Below, piece by piece: positions 23,740 through 35,704 of a stretch of DNA of 41,274 nucleotides (position 1 is its first letter; each line of letters starts with the position of its first letter). The notes beneath the pieces are model-generated. The model was not told the origin of the DNA. It ran no database searches and worked only from the letters and a program-made list of their open reading frames with translations. Source of the DNA: Octopus bimaculoides (taxonomy: Eukaryota); assembly GCF_001194135.2 (NCBI RefSeq), contig NC_068989.1:47751566-47792839 (forward strand), read 5' to 3'. The translations under genes and the position numbers were made by a program.

Positions 23740-24354
23740 GCATGTTTTCAAACAGTGCACAAAATATTAGCAACGGTCAATGGTTATGTGAGCGAGGCAT
23801 CTTAGCTCCACGTCATAATGCTGTTGACAAAATCAATTGGGATATCTTGCAGCTGTTGCCAGGAGAAGAACTGTCTTTCAAATCGATCGACACTGTCATT
23901 GACCAGGATCAAGCTGTAGTTTTTTCAACTGATTTCCTGAAGTCTCTACAGCCATATGGGATGCCACCACATAACTTAACACCTAAAAAGATGACTCCCA
24001 ATCATGCTGCTCAGGAATATGGAACCACCTCGCCTGTGCTATGGCAGCAATTATCACTGGGAAATATAACGGTGAGCATGTCTTCATTCTCGGATCCTAT
24101 TAATTCCATCTGACCTCCTCTATGAATTTAAACGGCTCGAATCCCCAGTGAAACTAAGTTTTGCTATGTCGATAAACGAATCTCAAGGACAATCTCTCAA
24201 GGTTGTAGGATTTAACCTTGCTTCTCCATGTTTCTCTCATGAGCAATTATGTAGAGGATAATCGCGAGCTGGAAATCCCAAAACTCTTTTTATTTGTACC
24301 CCAGTTAAAGGACACACTAAAAACGTTGTATATTTAGAAATTCTACAAAACTAA
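23740..24354 (+). pseudogene. Helitron RepHel Pif1-type helicase C-terminal pseudogene
   Basis: WLCERGILAPRHNAVDKIN...SIDTV...FLKSLQPYGMPPHNL; then IMLLRNMEPPRLCYG; GEHVFI.RI.LIPSDL.YEFKRLESPVKLSFAMSINESQGQSLKVVG...FSHEQL...SR...TKNVVYLEIL* (TAA 24352-24354). Frameshifts, a stop and a deletion after LCYG. Confidence 0.92.
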
Positions 24355-24507
24355 ACAATGACTGATTTCAGGATTTGCTTTAATAACTGTTTATATTCAC
24401 ATCATCTTTCAGAATTTTTCTGAAAATATGTCTTTTCATCAAAATGTATATATTTATTTCCTTTAACATTCTTTAACCTTCCGAGCAACGCCGGGTACTT
24501 AGGCTAG
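23740..24507 (+). mobile_element. Helitron 3' end
   Basis: Helicase relic followed by subterminal hairpin CCGAGCAACGCCGG (~24481-24494) and terminal CTAG (24504-24507) followed by T. Confidence 0.9.
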
Positions 24508-24512
24508 TGTGT

Positions 24513-24550
<38 letters not shown>

Positions 24551-24674
24551 NNNNNNNNNNNNNNNNNNNNNNNNNNNNNNNNNNNNNNNNNNNNNNNNNN
24601 NNNNNNNNNNNNNNNNNNNNNNNNNNNNNNNNNNNNNNNNNNNNNNNNNNNNNNNNNNNNNCATGAACCGGAAC

Positions 24675-24845
24675 GGTTTTCGTGTGCTTACGTCCCCGTA
24701 ACTTAGCGGATCAGCAAAAGGAACAGATAGAATAAGTACCAGTCTTTAAAAAAGGGGCTGGGATAAATTCATTCGACTAAAAATTCTTCAAGGCGTAGCC
24801 CTACCATGACTTCAGTCTAATGACTGAAAATAAATACAAAAAATA
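24675..24845 (+). mobile_element. SINE family B, 3' part
   Basis: TACGTCCCCGTAACTTAGCGG...GATAGAATAAGTACC...ATGACTGAAAATAAATACAAA. Confidence 0.75.
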
Positions 24846-26338
24846 AATGATTGATATATACACATATGTTAATGTGTATCTATATATAAATATATTTGCA
24901 AACACACACACGTGTGTGTGTGTGTATGAGTGGTACATACCAGACATCTATGCTGATATTCCATCAAAATAACTCCCAAATAATATCAAATACTCTTGAG
25001 AAGGTCAGTATGACACCAGTGTAGAAATGTTGCCATGTATAGAAGCTGCGGCCAAATTTTCATCCAGTCTCCATTGCATATTATTGAAAAGTGGACACAT
25101 TTCAGATAGAAACAGCGCCATTTTTCAATGCTGATGAAAATATTGAATATCTGAATTTCTCAATAGAGCATTTATATCAGTAGATAAAGTAGAGTTCTGT
25201 GAATAATTGCTAGAAATGCCTCGTATATGTTAGACAATGCCATAACCACAGCTTCAAGTGCATAGGGAATTGTCGTGTCTTTAGATATTTCAAGTTTATT
25301 GCTTGACTTAGTAACTGTTAATGGTTGCTTGGTAATTGTATTTTGTTTCTTTTTCGTTTTCTTTTTTTTTCTCAGATATTGTCCTACTGTTTAGATCTTC
25401 AAAACAATCAAAGTCTTCAACAGACAAACTTCCTATATATATATCATTTTATCTACCATCAGTCGGTAATCAATGAGCCGACAATGGTAAGACATATCCA
25501 TATCTGCAGACATCAACTTTGTCTGTTGAACATCAACTTTGCAGACATGAAGACTGGAAGATCAAGCTAAATGTTCCATCAATAACGATGGAGTTGAGTT
25601 CCATTCGAGATAGTAATTATTCAAGTTTTATTAGATTAAACGTTTCTTCGCACTAAAAGTTGACTTGGTGAATATAGTCTTCTTTGCAAAAAGGTTAACG
25701 TTCGAAAGAATAATACCTCAATGGCATGTCAACTTTGGAAAAATTCCTTGAACTTTAAGATTATCTCTTCTACTCAAGTGGAGCTGGTCTTAATTGCCGC
25801 TTTAGTAATTACGATACATTCTCTACCGGCGGAGATAATTCTAATAAATCAGGAATTTGCGTAGCACTGTATTTGATAAACCTGTATTTCTCCATTTTTT
25901 TCAAATACATACCACGGACCATTCTGATATTTTTCTCTTACCTCATTCTTGTTTAAATTAGGCAAATTATCTAGGCCATAATTGCGTCCTACTCCTATTT
26001 GTATAAGTCTTAAGTCGTTTGGTTACTGGAGATAAAATCGAACGATTGTTGTGGTGATGACGGCAATCGAATCGCAATCACGAGTCCACAACTGTCCTCT
26101 TGTCTCCGAACAAAGAAGGACTGTCCTTTTCCTTAATCACATGTGATCTTCGGAGAATTAGCGTTTCTTGTGATAATCTTCGCGTCCGAAGTGGAACTGA
26201 TCTTAATTGCTATTTGGTAATTACAATACAGCCTCTAGCAGTGAAGTTAATTGTAATTTATGTTTTATGGTATTTGTTAGGCCTGTATTTTTTCTATGCT
26301 TTATAGATGCATACATACATATATATGTATACTTATAT

Positions 26339-26388
<50 letters not shown>

Positions 26389-26840
26389 GATGATGATGAT
26401 GATGATAATAATAATGATGATGATGATGGTAAATGCGAAAGCGAATGTCAGTATGTCAGTGTGTCACACTTTTTCAACTTTACTCCTCCGACCCCCTCTC
26501 TCACTATTCAATAGCACTTCTACTATTCCTCATGCTTTACCCCTCTCTTACTATTCAATGACTCTTCTACTATTCTTCATTCTTGGTTTTTTTTTTTAAT
26601 CCTAATATTTTTTTTAAATATTTCTCTAAATATTATAACTATTTCCAAAAGTAATTTCGAAAATTAACATTTTGCAAAAATCTTGCTTTATATATTATAA
26701 CTGTATCAAGTAATCTAACCATAATACGTGCTTCATAACGATCGGAACTGAAATAAGTGTTGAACTCACTCTCTCATACAATATTACCTCTCAGAACTCT
26801 CTACCATAAGAATGTTGGAAACTTAGTATTTTTCAGATGT

Positions 26841-26941
26841 TAATAAGTTTTGTCGGAACTATTTTCATGACGTCGGCCTTCGGAGCGATGGAAACTTAGC
26901 GCACTCCGGCTGCATGAAAATAGATTCGACTAGTTTTATTA
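26841..26941. repeat. ~100-bp imperfect hairpin / MITE-like remnant
   Basis: Arms 26841-26869 and 26913-26941; core GTCGGAACTATTTTCATG / CATGAAAATAGATTCGAC matches 16/18. Confidence 0.7.
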
Positions 26942-28494
26942 TTACTTTAACAAATACTAAAAATAATAAATTTCAAACAACTTTATGGTCAAATACGTTT
27001 AGAGCAATTCCAAACCATAAAAATCGCACTTTAAAATAGTGTTTAGCGACAATGGTGTAATTTTCCTTCAAACTACGAACATGAGTTTAGATACGTACCA
27101 ACTACTACACATAAATTGTTTGTACGAAAAGTAAGGCCCTACCTACATCAAATTGTCTTTAAATTAAGTGACGGCAGAACAATTATCGTTGAACTTTTAA
27201 AAGATAAGTTTATATAGCCTACAGTCAGCTATATGTCGGTTGTTCAAGGGTAAGGGATGGAAGCAAGTTATTTGTAGTGACCCCGAATGGGAAGACAAAT
27301 AATGATTTTTTTTTCATGATGCAGCTTTGCCAATAAGTCCCGAGTCGACAAATTATATTATCGCTTTGATGCAAATTGTTCATTGCTTGAAAATATTGTT
27401 CAAGTTTAATAAAATTTAATATGTACTCAATGCATGAAGTGTCATTGTTGAACCCAAGGCCCAATGAAGAGCCCTCCACAGGAGCTAGTGTATATATATA
27501 TGTACGGATATAAATCTATATACATATAATCACAGCCACTCTTACATATTCACATATACGTGTGTGTGTGTGTGAGTGTGTGAAACAGAAATGTCGACAA
27601 TTTTATATATATATGAGAGGATCACAAGAATTTTTCATTCATCACATCAGTATTATTATATGACTTTACTGGAATTGTACGCAACTTCAACGAATCACTA
27701 TTCGTTTTTCCTTGCTATATTTATAAATGGTTGTTCTCTCTTCGGTATAAATATACTATAAATGATTTGAAGCCTTGTAACTATCTTTTCATAATTTATT
27801 CTATCATACTTACACATACACACATACAAATATACATACACACACATACTTGATATGTGTGTATTTATGTGTAAATCCATACATACATATATACATAATG
27901 TATGCACAAGCACGTATGTAATTTCGGAGTATTTAAGTGTTTAGCAAGTGCTTTTTATTTGAGATCATGTATAGGAACTAAAGACTTACAATATGCAAAG
28001 GTGAATTTAACCATTTATGAATACAAAAAAATTGCCATTGTCAATTTTCATTATATTTTAATAGCAACATTCTATTTTGAAGTGACAAAAATTTTCATTG
28101 CGATTCTGTGACCTTGTAATAGAAAAGAAAATGTTGTGAAACTGTGCGATTGTTTTTCAATATTTCACTGCCAAGTCTTTTGTGAAAAATAATCGCGAAA
28201 GGAATCCAGCAGTTTTTTGCTTTCTTTAAATAGTTAAGAAAAATCACACTTCCTTGATGTCATTGTAACACCTTATTTATATGTGTGTGTGTTTTTATAT
28301 ATGTATGAATGCATGTATATGTATGTATATGCATGTATATATATATATAGGCATATGCATGTATATTTGTGCTTATATGCACATGCATGCATATGTTCTG
28401 TTGTACATCATATGTATAAATATATACATACATATCTACCTCTCTCCCTCCCTCTCTCGTTCTCTCTCTACATATATGTGTTTGTATGTGTAGG

Positions 28495-28522
28495 TAGATA
28501 GATAGATAAATTGATAGATAGT

Positions 28523-28614
<92 letters not shown>
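28495..28614. repeat. (GATA)n(GATT)n microsatellite
   Basis: Directly visible. Confidence 0.95.
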
Positions 28615-28615
<1 letters not shown>

Positions 28616-29147
28616 ACAGAATATACATATATATATATATCCATTACATGTAGATCCATGTATATATATANNNNNNNNNNNNNNNNNNNNNNNNNNNNNN
28701 NNNNNNNNNNNNNNNNNNNNNNNNNNNNNNNNNNNNNNNNNNNNNNNNNNNNNNNNNNNNNNNNNNNNNNNNNNNNNNNNNNNNNNNNNNNNNNNNNNNN
28801 NNNNNNNNNNNNNNNNNNNNNNNNNNNNNNNNNNNNNNNNNNNNNNNNNNNNNNNNNNNNNNNNNNNNNNNNNNNNNNNNNNNNNNNNNNNNNNNNNNNN
28901 NNNNNNNNNNNNNNNNNNNNNNNNNNNNNNNNNNNNNNNNNNNNNNNNNNNNNNNNNNNATATATATATATATATATATATAGTAGTTGTATGCTGTCAA
29001 CGTAATGTGACAGTCTCATGAAGGGAATAATACTAATGCCATTTAGCCCTAGGAAGCAGCACCGCTTCCTCTCGGTCTTGACACATTTCCTGTGTCCTTA
29101 TGTTTACAAGGGGGAGACAAGCACCTACACCCAGCTAACCCTGCATT

Positions 29148-29186
29148 CAGAGACATGTTTCTGAGTCTTTGTTCGTCATCAGTCTG
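29148..29186 (-). ncRNA. Minimal type I hammerhead ribozyme motif, degenerate helix II
   Basis: Minus strand CAGA-CTGATGA-CGAACAAAGACTCA-GAAA-CATGTC-TCTG: helix I CAGA/TCTG, palindromic helix III ACATGT, GUC cleavage triplet. Confidence 0.6.
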
Positions 29187-30983
29187 GAGTAGCATGAACA
29201 TATGATCATATTGGTGCTTGTTTTTTCGTGCATACCGTGGGTTTGATTTCGTGTACGTGACTTCGAAGTGGTGGTATTTATTGCTTGTGATGGTGGTGTA
29301 CATAGTAGTTTTGGTGGTGTGTTGTATGTTTGTAGTTGTGTTTGTATGTTGGCAGTAGTGGTAATACTGTTTGAGTCGATAGTGATGCTGGTAGTGGTGG
29401 TGGTGGTGGTGGTGGTGCTGCTGCTGCTGCTGCTGCTACTGGTGACGATCGTTGTGTTGGCGGTGATTTATCGGTTTTGGTGTGGCAGCCGTGATGATTA
29501 TATTCATACGCACATACATTTTCGCCGTTTGCATCTGCTCGAATTTAAACTTCCATATCTATTCATATTTGTATAACTGTTTATTCATCTGCAGTCAACT
29601 GAAAACTTTGAAATCGTACCGAATGACAGTACAAATCGATCTATTCTTTCCGTTGTCCAATGTAGCGGTCTCTACTGAAAGCTAAATATGTCTCCCGCCT
29701 CCTCTACAACCGCCATCAGCTACACCATTCTCGTGACTATCAATGCCACAATTATACGAATTACACTACTCTTGCCACTTCCTCTTCCCACTTCTCCTCA
29801 TGGATATCAAGCGGGGTAAATAGCGATAGCAACTCCACATTGTTTATGTTGTTGAGTGTGATGGTTGGTTGCATTTGATGTTCTTTGATGTTGCTGGTAA
29901 GATGGGTGATGTTTGGGTTTGTTCGGTACTACTTATAGTTTATATATTTGGAACTATATTTCAAGTGGTTAGTATTGAGCTGGAGTAGCTATGTAGCAAT
30001 ATTAGAAAAATAGCAGAAGTTTGGAACAGTATGAGGTTTTCTGTATATGAGGTCGTATTTATATTTTGTTGCGTGTGAGGTGTTATAAAATTTTGGAGTA
30101 AAGATTTATCCTTGTTGTACTCCGTTTCAGGCATTACTGAACCCAGAATCTAAATTTAAAAAGCAAGTAGGAAGAAGTTGGAAACAGAAGGAAAAGAAAC
30201 GCTTAAAATTCTACTCAGGTTTTCAAATGTTAAAGTACTATAAGTTACAGTAACCAATGTGGTCCTCAAGCGGGCTCGGACATACTTTATCTGGAACCCG
30301 CATCCAGTTGTTAACCAACAACTGATCGAATATCGCTGACCAAATGTACGAAACTAAGACAACACACGTGGAAGGAAAAAAATACAAAGCGAAAACAAAA
30401 ACGAAGAGAAAAAGTTCAATAGTACCACTATGATTACCAATAATAAAACTTTACTTACCATCACCACCGCCACATTAAAATCCTCCTCTCCACTACATCA
30501 AACCAACAAAATAAACACCACGAAATAACAAAGTAACACAGAAAATTACTCTTCTGACATCAAAGCGCAGTACGATAGCAATTATTTCCCCAGGGGAAGT
30601 ATCATCATAACAAAAACCACTATTACTACCACCAACACCACCACTGCTGGCCAGAGTACTTGGTGACTTGATGTCTCTTATTTGTAGCGACGTGTGATAC
30701 TAGAAATAGTACGAAAACACTAAAAGCTTTTATAAAGACCAACCCTTCCTTCAGGTTAAACACGAAACAGGTGGTAGGTCTGATTTATTACTGTAAGGGG
30801 CTGGCAAGAGCAGTATATATTTAACTAGTTTTCGGTGACATGCAGTGTTGAGGTTTTAAACCTTTTTCTTTTTTTTTTAGAAAAGGGAGGAAATACTGTA
30901 CCTGAATCACGAAGTATGGGCCCCCAGTAATAATTTTTGAGCCTAGTTCAAAAAGTTTAGATTCTACCAGGTTCAACAAGTAA

Positions 30984-31195
30984 TGGTTTCAATTTTTGGC
31001 AAAAGGCCAGCAATTTCGGGGGAAGGGATAAGGAGATTACATCGACCCCAGTGTTCAACTGGTACTTCTTTTATCGACCCCAAAAGAATGAAAGGCAAAG
31101 TCGACCCCGGCGGTATTTGAACCCAAAACGTAAAGACAGATGAAATGCCTCTAAGCAATTTGCTCAGCGTACTAACTATTCCTCCAGCTCACCGC
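30984..31195 (-). mobile_element. SINE family A (first of tandem pair)
   Basis: TTATCGACCCCAAAAGAATGAAAGGCAAAGTCGACCCCGGCGG...CCAGCTCACCGCC. Confidence 0.9.
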
Positions 31196-31210
31196 CAGGT
31201 TCAACAAATA

Positions 31211-31421
31211 ATCCTTTCTACTATAGGCACAGGGCCTGGAATTCGTGGGGAGGGGTACAGTCGATCACATCGACCGCAGTGCTCAACTGATACTTATTTT
31301 ATCGACCCCGATATGATGAAAGGCAAAGTCGATCCGGCGGCATTTGAATCCAAAATGTAAAAATGGACAAAATGCCCCTAAGTCTTTTACCTGGCATGCT
31401 AATCATTCGGCTGGCTCGCGA
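31211..31421 (-). mobile_element. SINE family A (second of tandem pair)
   Basis: TTATCGACCCCGATATGATGAAAGGCAAAGTCGATCCGGCGG...CTGGCTCGCG. Confidence 0.85.
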
Positions 31422-32100
31422 CCAGGTTCAACAAATAGTGATAACGCATTTGCGAGGTGTGTCTATGGGTTTAAAGTGCTAAGACATTGAAAACAAATCC
31501 AGCAACTTCAACAGCATCAACACTAGGAGCAACTACATCAGTAACCCGAGCAGAGACTGCAATCCTACCATGAATGAAAAGAATGTAATGTTCCTCATAT
31601 ATCTATTTATATATTCTTCTGTTTAAGTCTGTGAGAAAAGTCTTTCCATGAGCAACAAAATGAGCCTTAACCGTAGCAAAGTGACCAATCTCGGAGGGGT
31701 AGATGGATAAAGAATTATGTTTATCATGCAGATGCCGAAGCGCCGTAGAGAGTGATGTCATACCAGTCAGCCGCGTGATCTTATATCGAATGCAACTAGG
31801 ATGTCTGTATGTACAACAGTAACTCTTTTCCAGATGTAAAAGAAACGTCGAATTGTGGAACTCACATGAGATTTAGAAAGGGCTAAATATAATTAGTAAT
31901 AGCTGGAAGGAGTTTCAGTTCGGTACATTTATTCGGTTATTTTGGTAATCATGTGTTTTATAATAAATTACCCATAATAAATTGATCGCAAATAATTATA
32001 TTTACCGATAAATAAATATTATGTATTTTGCAGTTGTATTTGTCTCTCTGGTGACTTGATCTGAAACCTTGTATTGAAACTGAAGCTATTGCGTGATGGA

Positions 32101-32308
32101 AATGACATTTAAATAACACAGAAACCTATTGAATTCACATTAGATTTATTTCATGAGGTGTCAAAATTTTCGTTGAACAACAGCAGCCTGGACACTAAAA
32201 ACTGTTCCAATGGAAAACTTGTCGCAGTGAAAATATTGACACCTCATAAAATATATTATTGAAATTTAAAGTGAATTTAACAGCATTGTGTGTTAATAAA
32301 TGACTATT
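32101..32308. repeat. MITE-like fold-back with ~70-80 bp imperfect arms
   Basis: TTCATGAGGTGTCAAAATTTTC / GAAAATATTGACACCTCATAAA, extending outward through TTGAATTCAC / GTGAATTTAA and TAACACA / TGTGTTA. Confidence 0.65.
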
Positions 32309-32347
32309 CCAGGATGTAGCTGATGAAAATTATACGTATACATACAA

Positions 32348-32386
<39 letters not shown>

Positions 32387-32438
32387 GATAGATAGATATC
32401 CTACTTCTAATATCGAGGTCTCATTCTTTCGTTGTTAC

Positions 32439-32439
<1 letters not shown>

Positions 32440-32520
<81 letters not shown>

Positions 32521-32535
32521 CATCATCATTATTAT
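32440..32535. repeat. (ATT)n microsatellite
   Basis: Directly visible. Confidence 0.95.
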
Positions 32536-32603
32536 ATATGGATTACTTTTTATATGAAGAACAATATATTCAGAGGTAAAAAAAAAGTCTTTATATTAAT
32601 ATT

Positions 32604-32792
32604 GGTTTTGAAATCTTGGTGCAAAACGAGCAATTTAGGGGAGAAGTTATTTCTTTTACATTGACATCAGTACTCAACTGGTACCTTTCTCATCGACCTG
32701 ATCAGATGAAAGGCAGAGTCAACCTCGGCAGAATTTGTATTCACTCCGTAAAGACGGACGATATGCCCGTAAGCGCTTTGTCCGGCGTGCTA
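32604..32792 (-). mobile_element. SINE family A
   Basis: GATGAAAGGCAGAGTCAACCTCGGCAGAATTTG...GTCCGGCGTGCTAA. Confidence 0.8.
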
Positions 32793-33447
32793 AAATATAA
32801 TACCTTTTCTTATTTCTCTTTCAGTTTATGTCTCTGACTTCATTACATAGTTAAGTTCCTTGATAGTGTTAATCTTGAATTTGCTTTGTTTGTTTTTTCT
32901 TTCTTTTTGACTCTCGTGGAGGTTATGATGGAATTTGCTATATTTTGTATATTTCATTCCATGTTTATTTTATCGAACTCAAGGCGATGAACGCCGAGTG
33001 TTTTATGATGGAGTTTGAACAAAAGCACAAATATATATTATCAATATCACATACTTAATGTACGTATGTTGTTAACCTGTACAAGGTTGCAGTATTTCTT
33101 CCAAAGGAGATCACCTTAAAGACATATAGTCTTTAAAAAGACACATAAAATATCAAAGCTGCGCATAAGGAAATCGTCCCGGAAGTAAACGAGTAAGACA
33201 GATAGCGGTATTCCGCGTTTTTTACGCTCATAAATGTCACATTCTCCTTGACATATATATATATAAAACTAAAGCCGTACATTCTCCTGTATCGTTCCAG
33301 CCACAGACGTCGTTTGTTTGATATCCATAATATTATTCTGTTTGTTAGAATGTCCATGTGATAGCCTGTTAAGCTAAGGAAACATTGGGTGCTCAATTCC
33401 TACGTGTTATATTATTAAAAACCAAATGACCAGGGCGTCGCGCGAAT

Positions 33448-33793
33448 GACTGAGACCCCCACCCCCTTCGGTCAAGCCTGACCATGGGATTGCACCTAGA
33501 AAGTTACCCTCCCAGGCACAAGTCCGAGCAAGGTTGTTTATGGAAGACCATCAGTTTCCCATGCATACCAGCTTCCCCTCTCCACGCCACCAGTGTTATC
33601 CAAGGGAAAGGCAAAGGCCGACACAGCTTGGCGCCAGTGACGTTTCAATTCATTTCTATAGCTGAGTGAACTGGAACAATGTGAAATAAAGTGTCTTACT
33701 CAAAAACACAACACGCAGCCTGGTCCGGGATTCGAACTCACAACCTCACAATCGTAAACTCCATGCTCTAACCACTGAGCAATGCGCCTTCAC
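33448..33793 (-). mobile_element. tRNA-derived SINE family D, full length with 12-bp TSD
   Basis: TSD CGTCGCGCGAAT at 33436-33447 and 33794-33805. Minus-strand head GCTCAGTGGTTAGAGC (A box) and GAGTTCGAATCCC (B box), then TTGAGTAAGACACTT block. Confidence 0.92.
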
Positions 33794-33833
33794 CGTCGCG
33801 CGAATACCATCTCGATATTAGAGTTGTTCAGAA

Positions 33834-34043
33834 CGGCAAGCTGACCGAATTATTTGCACACCAGGCAAAATCCTTAGCGGCATTTTGTTAGAATTTTACG
33901 TTCTGAGTTCAAATTTCGCCGAGATCGACATTGTTTTTCATTCTTTCAGGGTCGATAAAATAAGTACCGGTTGAGTACTGTGGTCGATGTAGTCGACTTA
34001 TCATCTCCCCTGAAAATGCTGGCCTTGAGTCAAAATTTGAATC
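33834..34043 (+). mobile_element. SINE family A (first of tandem pair)
   Basis: GAGTTCAAATTTCGCCGAGATCGAC...CTTTCAGGGTCGATAAAATAAGTACC. Confidence 0.85.
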
Positions 34044-34067
34044 CAACATATATAGCTGCGTTAACGC

Positions 34068-34270
34068 GGTGAGCTAGTAGAAACGTTAGCACGCGAGGCG
34101 AAATGATTAGCAACAGTTTGTCTGCCTTTACGTTCTGAGATCAAATTCCGCCGAGTTCGACTTTGCTTTTCATCCTTTTGGTGTTAATAAATTAAGTACC
34201 ATTTGATTAATGAGGTCGATATAGTCGACTTACACCCTCCCTCAAAATGTCTGGCCTTGAGACACATTAG
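34068..34270 (+). mobile_element. SINE family A (second of tandem pair)
   Basis: GGTGAGCTAGTAGAAACGTTAGCAC...GAGTTCGACTTTGCTTTTCATCCTTTTGG. Confidence 0.85.
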
Positions 34271-34978
34271 ATAAGGTAATCGCACATATCTGTAAAAAAA
34301 AAAAAATCAATTACATGATCGTCAGAGAAGAAATGTGTTAGCTCATACACATGCTCGATCAGAGTTGGCTATGGGTTAAAATAAAGCAAAAAAAAAAGCA
34401 GAACGACAGTATCAGTAAGTATACTAATAAAACAGCAATCGTCCTACATTATCAAATGGCACTTTCAAAAGAAATGGTACACCTATGTCGTCAACAAGAC
34501 TGAGCCTAACCCACATGTCATCAAACACTTCTTACCGCCTGCTTTGAAATCTCACGCCGAGTCACCCCACCGCACCCGCATTCTTATTCATATTATTCTA
34601 TCGCTACTTTTCTCTCATTCTCCCTCTCCCAAACACAGACTTTCTCTCTTGCTCTCGCTCTCTCTCTCCCCCCTCTCTCTTTCTTTCTTTCTTTCTTTCT
34701 TTCTGTTATTGACATTTGAGCAACTGCATTTGAGCTGTTGGAATCTTAGTTTGATCTTCGTAAACTGGTGTCATATAACAGTCTCGTTTTTTTTAAACGG
34801 CCTAGTAGATGTGTATTTGGGTTTTTAGACGCACATTACACACGCAAGCGCAGAATTAAATGCATATACAAGCACAGGCAATCACCCAAGCCCAAACGAG
34901 CGAGGACACACACATGCACGCGCGCGCATACACTCAACATGAAGCACGCAGAAATACGTATACGCTTTAATATGTTTC

Positions 34979-35058
<80 letters not shown>

Positions 35059-35146
35059 TGTGTTTGTGTGTGTGTGTGTAAATGGGTAATTGGTAACGCA
35101 CTAAACTCCCGGCCCTTGAGTCACTTTGTTTCTGCTACTAAATATT

Positions 35147-35177
<31 letters not shown>

Positions 35178-35704
35178 TTAAAATAATATGAACATACTCC
35201 ACCATACAGCATAATAAAACTACACAAATTTGCATAGCATCATTGTGACATTAATTATACATTAATTATGTAACCAATTCATTCTTGTACATGAGAAAGA
35301 CACACTGTCTTACATATTACAAAATAAAATATAATACGAAGCTGCGCTTCCATGAAGAAGCTGAGCGTATCAAAATGCTAGTCATTAACAGTTATTACTA
35401 CGATATTAATTTGTAACTACACTTTCCACTTGTTTATTTAGTTTTGATAATTGCGTTTAATCCGTTTATTGAAAAACGTCACCTGGTTTCATTTCCACGA
35501 AATTTAAAATAAATAACACAAGCTAATGTAAATGATGGAGACGAAATTAGAGTTTTCTCGACTCTGCTGATTACTCTTTAGAAGATTATTAAAGCTTACT
35601 GCAATTGTCTAAAGCAGAGCCGACTTAAAGCAATGACACATTAGGAAGTGGCCCAGTGGTCTCATGGATCTTGAGGCCAAATTCTGTTCTATGTATACTG
35701 TGGT

